Shown in pieces: positions 59,147 to 64,000 of a stretch of DNA of 64,000 nucleotides; the first letter of the stretch is position 1, and each line of letters begins with the position of its first letter. The DNA lies in NCBI GenBank assembly GCA_963663165.1, contig OY760175.1, positions 2,656,001-2,720,000 of the forward strand, read 5' to 3'. This stretch comes from an uncultured Desulfospira sp. (lineage in GTDB: Bacteria > Desulfobacterota > Desulfobacteria > Desulfobacterales > Desulfobacteraceae). Under the pieces are notes generated by a model that saw only the letters and a list, made by a program, of their open reading frames with translations, was not told the DNA's origin and did not search any database. Position numbers and translations under genes: made by a program.

Positions 59147-59215
59147 ACATTAGGCTGGTATGGGGCGGGCTGTCAAGAAAAAGATTTTGACAACGCAGTC
59201 TCCTGCCAGTATTCT
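59147..59215. promoter_or_regulatory. Back-to-back sigma70-like promoters
   Basis: Minus TTGACA 59176-59171 with TAATGT; plus TTGACA 59187 -17- TATTCT 59210. Confidence 0.6.
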
Positions 59216-59330
59216 TTTTACTGAGCCACAACCACCTTTTGACGGTTAACGGAGTCAACTGGTGCGTAGCCCTGGGGGTTGTAAGATTCCCCCTTGGCAT
59301 CGGCCTTACCTTAATTCAGAGGATTTATTC

Positions 59331-59567
59331 ATGGGCAAAATCAAACCGTTTGAAGAAAGGCTGGCTGAATGGGAGAGCTGGCCTGAAGGTCCTCGATCCA
59401 TGTTGCATAAGCCTGTTAAAGGAGAATACCGAAAGCTCCGTAAAGAGATTTTCAAAAGAGTGAAAGACCTTGGCTTGAATGATCTGAACGAAATTTTATA
59501 TGTTCTCAAAGAAATGAAAAGCGGGGAATACCGGTACCCGCATTATCGTCACACCACCATACGCTAA
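59331..59567 (+). CDS. Small basic hypothetical protein
   Basis: AGAGGA RBS, downstream of the plus-strand promoter. Confidence 0.55.
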   Translation: MGKIKPFEERLAEWESWPEGPRSMLHKPVKGEYRKLRKEIFKRVKDLGLNDLNEILYVLKEMKSGEYRYPHYRHTTIR

Positions 59568-59575
59568 GGATGGCA

Positions 59576-59863
59576 TCAAGAATATTTTTCAATCAGATGC
59601 TGGGCATCCTCCTTGGTCATCCTATAAGGAAAGCCGGGGTAATCCTCCCTGATTATTTTAACCCGCTTCGATATAAAAATAACCTGGGAGGGATCGCACA
59701 ACCCAAACCTTGCTCGGCACATGGTCAGGATGTATTCTCGCTCCCGGACCCTGGCCTGTTCACCACTGAGCCGGGTGATAACAGTCCGGGAATGGTCGTG
59801 TGAATGCTCAATCTCAATGGCTTTTTCCAGTCGATCCAGCCTGTTTGATAATTGCTTTGACAT
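59576..59863 (-). CDS. Hypothetical protein
   Basis: MSKQLSNRLDRLEKAI, directly after the HTH gene. Confidence 0.55.
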   Translation of the reverse strand: MSKQLSNRLDRLEKAIEIEHSHDHSRTVITRLSGEQARVREREYILTMCRARFGLCDPSQVIFISKRVKIIREDYPGFPYRMTKEDAQHLIEKYS

Positions 59864-59867
59864 AAGT

Positions 59868-60260
59868 TCATCTCTTGATTGAAAATTTAAGTTCCAGCGT
59901 TGCAATCCTTGATTCGATATCCTCAAGCTCGACAGCCTTCAGAGCCCCGTCAAGAATCGCCTTTGCTGCTGTTACTCTGGCAGATGCCGGCGCTTCCTTA
60001 TCTCGACAAATTTCAGCCAATGCCCGGGCAGCGTCACCGGTTGTTTGCTGAAGCCTAAGGATTGCCCTGTTGACCAGTTGCCGCTTTGCATTTTTAAGCT
60101 CTTGATCGAAAATCGGATCTCTCAGGTACCGGTACATGGTGGTTTTGGAGACACCGGCAGCTTTGCAGGCGCCCTCAACAGTATCGCAACTTACCAGGGC
60201 CTCCACAGCCTTGGCTTGCTTACCCTTTAATGGGGCGGTTTTCGTTTTGTTTTGATTCAT
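59868..60260 (-). CDS. HTH protein resembling phage/satellite small terminase-like proteins
   Basis: KQAKAVEAL..ACKAAGVSKTTMYRYL, ASARVTAAKAILD, ELEDIESRIATLE. Confidence 0.6.
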   Translation of the reverse strand: MNQNKTKTAPLKGKQAKAVEALVSCDTVEGACKAAGVSKTTMYRYLRDPIFDQELKNAKRQLVNRAILRLQQTTGDAARALAEICRDKEAPASARVTAAKAILDGALKAVELEDIESRIATLELKFSIKR

Positions 60261-60743
60261 TACATCTGCCTTTCAATATTCATTTTTCATGGCACTCCGA
60301 ACTGTAGTTATCTGTAGGAGCAAACGCACCCGGGAAGGCCCCGCAAAGCACAGCTCCACGGGGCAAATACCTCTAATAATGGACCGTACCTGTAGCATTA
60401 TTCTCGATCAACCACGGGGCCGATTGATTATACAGTTTCTGGTTCGATGATTGCGCCATCATGCAACCGCTGAGTATGCGGATTCACTGCGTCTGCTCCA
60501 CACCCCGGGCAGGTCAGGCTACTTCCTTCCCAGTCCGGCCCCCACTCTTCCCATGAACGGGCTTTAAATTTCGGCAGGAGCTTGAACATATTGCCCCGGG
60601 GCTTCTGGTCCGCGCTGAACTCTCTTGTCAGAGAATAAAAAACCTCCCCGCAATTATGGCATTTATGTTGCGACTTTTTTTTGTAGCGAGATTTTCTTCT
60701 ATAAAAAGTTCTAAATGAGTTATTTTCTTTGGATATAGTTTTT

Positions 60744-61169
60744 CTACTTTGCTTCTTCCCTATATTTCTTTGCTTTTAAAAGGAAGCGTTCAACAGTTTC
60801 CGGATCAAAACCCGGCATTGTCCGGGCAAAATCTGCGGCTTTTTGATAGTATTCTCCCGCTTCATGCTTTTTTCCCTGAGCTTCATAGACCTGTCCCAAC
60901 CTGTGAAAGCCGTCAATCTGATTTGGATATTCATGCAATAATCTCTTTGATACAGCTTCTGCCTCGTCGAATTTGTTTTCATCGATCAGATCAATCACAC
61001 TGTTTGAAAGCAGATCCAATTCCGTGTAAACTGGTGTAAACCCGGCAGGATAGGGCTTGGGTTGAGTTCCCGCTGACTGCAACGACAAACAACACTTCTT
61101 ATATTTCTTACCGCTGCCGCAAGGGCATGGTGTATTGCGACCGATCTTTGCCATGGGAAAATGTTTCAT
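60744..61169 (-). CDS. SEC-C motif + TPR protein
   Basis: [41 protein letters not shown]. Confidence 0.85.
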   Translation of the reverse strand: MKHFPMAKIGRNTPCPCGSGKKYKKCCLSLQSAGTQPKPYPAGFTPVYTELDLLSNSVIDLIDENKFDEAEAVSKRLLHEYPNQIDGFHRLGQVYEAQGKKHEAGEYYQKAADFARTMPGFDPETVERFLLKAKKYREEAK

Positions 61170-61198
61170 ATTTTGAATTTTAACGCAAGGTTAAAGTC

Positions 61199-61807
61199 GT
61201 GCAGCTCCGATTCGCCACCGACATTCCTGTTGAACAATATATAGAGGAGGAGGCATGGAAAGATGCAAAACTGGATCGGTGCCCGTTACATCCGGAAGGT
61301 GGCTGCAAATTTGCCAGGCATGGGACCTATTGCAGAAAGTATCCCGACGGTGCAAAAATCGCCCGGTGGTATTGTCCGGATGGCAGGACCACCTTCGGGC
61401 TGTTGCCCGATTGCCTGTCCTCACGTCTGCCAGGGACACTGATGGAGGCGGAAACGGTCATCAATCAGATCGAAGCAGCACCAAGCCAGGAGGCCGCAGC
61501 AGACAATATGCGTCCAGATATCGGCCTGCCTGGTGTCTTGCGATGGATGAGGCACAGACTGTTTTTGATTCATGTAAGTTTGATTTTATTAATCGACCTG
61601 ATTCCGTCCTTATCCAATGATGGTCAGGCAACCTTATCATCATTGAGATCTGCACTTGGGGTTGAGTTTGTTTTACCCCATCTCCGGGAACTTGCCGCTT
61701 CACATTTGGATATCCTGCCACCGCCGTTAGGGTTTGGCCCTCGCCCTCAAAAAAAACATCATGGAAAAAGCCGGTTCCAACAACAAACGGGGCCTGATCC
61801 CCCCTGA
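61199..61807 (+). CDS. Cys/His-rich MGE-associated hypothetical protein
   Basis: CPLHPEGGC..HGTYCRK..RWYCP..LLPDCL. Confidence 0.7.
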   Translation: MQLRFATDIPVEQYIEEEAWKDAKLDRCPLHPEGGCKFARHGTYCRKYPDGAKIARWYCPDGRTTFGLLPDCLSSRLPGTLMEAETVINQIEAAPSQEAAADNMRPDIGLPGVLRWMRHRLFLIHVSLILLIDLIPSLSNDGQATLSSLRSALGVEFVLPHLRELAASHLDILPPPLGFGPRPQKKHHGKSRFQQQTGPDPP

Positions 61808-61854
61808 GAAAAAGGGTAAATTGCCTTTAACGATCATTTCAAGGAGGCAATGCC

Positions 61855-62340
61855 ATGGAGACCGGACAAAATAAAGCCAAAAATCGGAATCAAAAGCCCC
61901 AACGCCGTTTTCGTGCGTCCATTGCAAAAAATCCCATAGATCCCTGCCGCATCAGAAAAATTGCAGGAAGCTTTGCTTTTATCGAGCACCGGTTCCTGCG
62001 GGACGGATTCTGGGCAAGCCTGGATCATCATCAGCTCCTGCTGTACCTGTTTTTGATTATCGTGGCGGATCGTCATGGGCTGTCCTATTACGGCTATGAT
62101 AAAATCTGCACCCTGCTCAGGATTTGTGTTGATGACTACATCCTTGCCAGGAATGCCTTGATTGACAAGAACCTGGTCGCATTTGACGGCAACCTTTTCC
62201 AAGTATTGTCCCTTCCGGAAAGAGTGGCTCTGCCCTCAGCAGCCCCCCTTCAAAGCCAAAAAGACATGGAACTGCACGATCCGGCAACCATCCGCAGCCT
62301 TGTCCTGCAATCTTTTGGAGGCAGCCATGATGGAAGTTGA
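61855..62340 (+). CDS. Winged-helix-like MGE hypothetical protein
   Basis: AGGAGG RBS; SFAFIEHRFL, LLYLFLIIVADRHGLSYY, ARNALID. Confidence 0.7.
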   Translation: METGQNKAKNRNQKPQRRFRASIAKNPIDPCRIRKIAGSFAFIEHRFLRDGFWASLDHHQLLLYLFLIIVADRHGLSYYGYDKICTLLRICVDDYILARNALIDKNLVAFDGNLFQVLSLPERVALPSAAPLQSQKDMELHDPATIRSLVLQSFGGSHDGS

Positions 62341-63214
62341 CAATAAGGTCACCAAAGCAGTGGAGAAATACCTGGACTACTGTCGAGATCAAGCTTCCGG
62401 GGATGCGGTGTCCTATACAAAAAGGACATTAACAAATTTTGCGGCCTATCTTCAGGGGGAAAACACCTCTTTGGGCAACATATCCATTGACCAGGTCGAT
62501 CAATTTTTAGCAGTCTGCAACAAGGGGCGTGCTCCCGGGACATGCAGGACGCACCGGTCACATGTACGAAGATTTTTAAAGTACCTTTATCAACACGGAG
62601 ATCTTAAAAAGGACCTTGGCGCTTTAGTGGTAAGCCCTCCGGAGTTCGGACCACCAAAGCCGCCCAAATTTTTGCGCACTCATGAAATTCAAAAGTTGTT
62701 TGACAGTCTGGACCTGTCAACAGCAAAAGACCTTCGCACCAATGCCACCCTGCATCTGGCATGTTATCTGGGGTTAAGGCCGAAAGAAATCAGGTTGCTA
62801 ACTCTGGATGACATCTCATTTAGACAGAAAGAGATTTTTATCCGTTCAAGAAAAAATTGCAATCCTGCTCATCTTCCCCTTCCCGATAACATAATCAAAG
62901 CGATCACTGCCTATATTGTGGGCGGGAGACCTGAAACTCAATCCCGAGTTCTATTTTTACAGTTGACACCACCTTATAAACCGGCCAACAGGAGCGATAT
63001 CCCCCGAGATATAAAAGAATGCATGACGAAAAACAATCTTGGATCAAGCACATACTGGCTGCGGCATTCATTTGCCCAGAATATGTTGGAGTCCGGTATG
63101 TCCATCTATGAAATCAAAGAAATGATGGGACATAAAAGCCTCGATTCGACAAAAAAGTATCTGAGCATTCATATCGGCCTGATGCGGGAGGTTATCCTTG
63201 ATGAAACGTTTTAA
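62327..63214 (+). CDS. Tyrosine recombinase (RitA-like)
   Basis: LGLRPKE, YWLRHSFA, MMGH, TKKY; GGAGG RBS, start 62327. Confidence 0.9.
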   Translation: MMEVDNKVTKAVEKYLDYCRDQASGDAVSYTKRTLTNFAAYLQGENTSLGNISIDQVDQFLAVCNKGRAPGTCRTHRSHVRRFLKYLYQHGDLKKDLGALVVSPPEFGPPKPPKFLRTHEIQKLFDSLDLSTAKDLRTNATLHLACYLGLRPKEIRLLTLDDISFRQKEIFIRSRKNCNPAHLPLPDNIIKAITAYIVGGRPETQSRVLFLQLTPPYKPANRSDIPRDIKECMTKNNLGSSTYWLRHSFAQNMLESGMSIYEIKEMMGHKSLDSTKKYLSIHIGLMREVILDETF

Positions 63215-64000
63215 AAGTTTCTTGGCTGAACAAATGGAGGATTTTATCACATATCGTTTTCAACTGGGGTACTCAAACACCTCAATGATGTACGGTCTTA
63301 GGGTACTTGATCGATATGTGTCTGAAAAACAAGTGACTTGGACATCCTTTGATCCGCTGTTTTTTATCCGGTTCAGAGCAGAACTTGATCTTGAACCCCG
63401 GTCCATAAATACGATTTTTAGAATGCTCAAGATCTTTTTCAATTATCTTATACGCAAAGATGTGATTCTGGAAAATCCGTTGCAGGAAATCACTGAGCTA
63501 CAGGAAAATCACGTTATTCCTTTTATATTTTCTCCGGAAGAAACAGACCGTTTTCTCAAAGCTGTAATCAAGTCGATGCGGACAAGCCAGAGATTCTATG
63601 TGTCAGATTTCAGTGCTTATATAGCCTTTTTGTTGATGGCCCGGTGCGGACTTAGAACCTCGGAGACACTTAATTTATTGAAAACCCATTACAGGCCCGA
63701 AGAAAGAACAATCTATATTGAAAAGACAAAATTTAGAAAAGATCGATTGATCCCTATACCCAAAGCCGTAGCCTATGAAATCAACAACCTGCTAAAAGTT
63801 CGCCGGTTATTCCCTGATGAGGATGACAGCCCTTTTTTGCTGGTAAAGGTGAAAGGGAAAAAACTGGTACGTATGTTTATAAATCGCAGATTTAAACAGG
63901 CTCTCACAGATATTAATTTTGATCACTCCCGGAAAATAATCGGTACTACAAACTTCAGCCAGCCTTCACATCATTCCCTGCGGCATTCGTTTGCTGTGAA
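63201..64000 (+). CDS. Second tyrosine recombinase (RitB-like), runs off the window
   Basis: MKRFKSFLAEQ.., CGLRTSE, KTKFRKDRLIP, HSLRHSFAV; overlaps upstream stop. Confidence 0.88.
   Translation, partial: MKRFKSFLAEQMEDFITYRFQLGYSNTSMMYGLRVLDRYVSEKQVTWTSFDPLFFIRFRAELDLEPRSINTIFRMLKIFFNYLIRKDVILENPLQEITELQENHVIPFIFSPEETDRFLKAVIKSMRTSQRFYVSDFSAYIAFLLMARCGLRTSETLNLLKTHYRPEERTIYIEKTKFRKDRLIPIPKAVAYEINNLLKVRRLFPDEDDSPFLLVKVKGKKLVRMFINRRFKQALTDINFDHSRKIIGTTNFSQPSHHSLRHSFAV

Overview
Bacterial chromosomal window, most likely a sulfate-reducing deltaproteobacterium of the Desulfobacteraceae (inferred from gene content and repeat families, not from a search). Four zones. (1) 1-16.2 kb: a sigma54 activator, IS66/recombinase debris, and a leftward transport block (AraC regulator, ECF importer, TonB-dependent receptor, decayed MATE gene, RND tripartite pump plus a secreted protein). 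(2) 16.2-25.7 kb: a nested mobile-DNA hotspot with an apparently intact 4278-bp five-gene TG...CA transposon (DDE transposase, AAA ATPase, three small upstream proteins), an ISAzo13 inside a DUF4338-like gene, REP/MITE-like palindromes with stuttered ends, an ATPase and vapBC followed by attC-like sites, a HipA fragment and a group IIC intron 3' remnant. (3) 25.7-54.8 kb: core genes (DeoR, Gld-like ABC system, plsC, the dcw cluster with a murE-murF fusion and no ddl, radical SAM, ppaC), with short periodic-repeat hairpin modules in the intergenic gaps. (4) 54.9-64 kb: a phage-satellite-like remnant with a C4-type antisense RNA and both of its target pairs, an IS1634, and the start of an element carrying tandem RIT-like tyrosine recombinases. 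No CRISPR array, rRNA or complete tRNA was seen.
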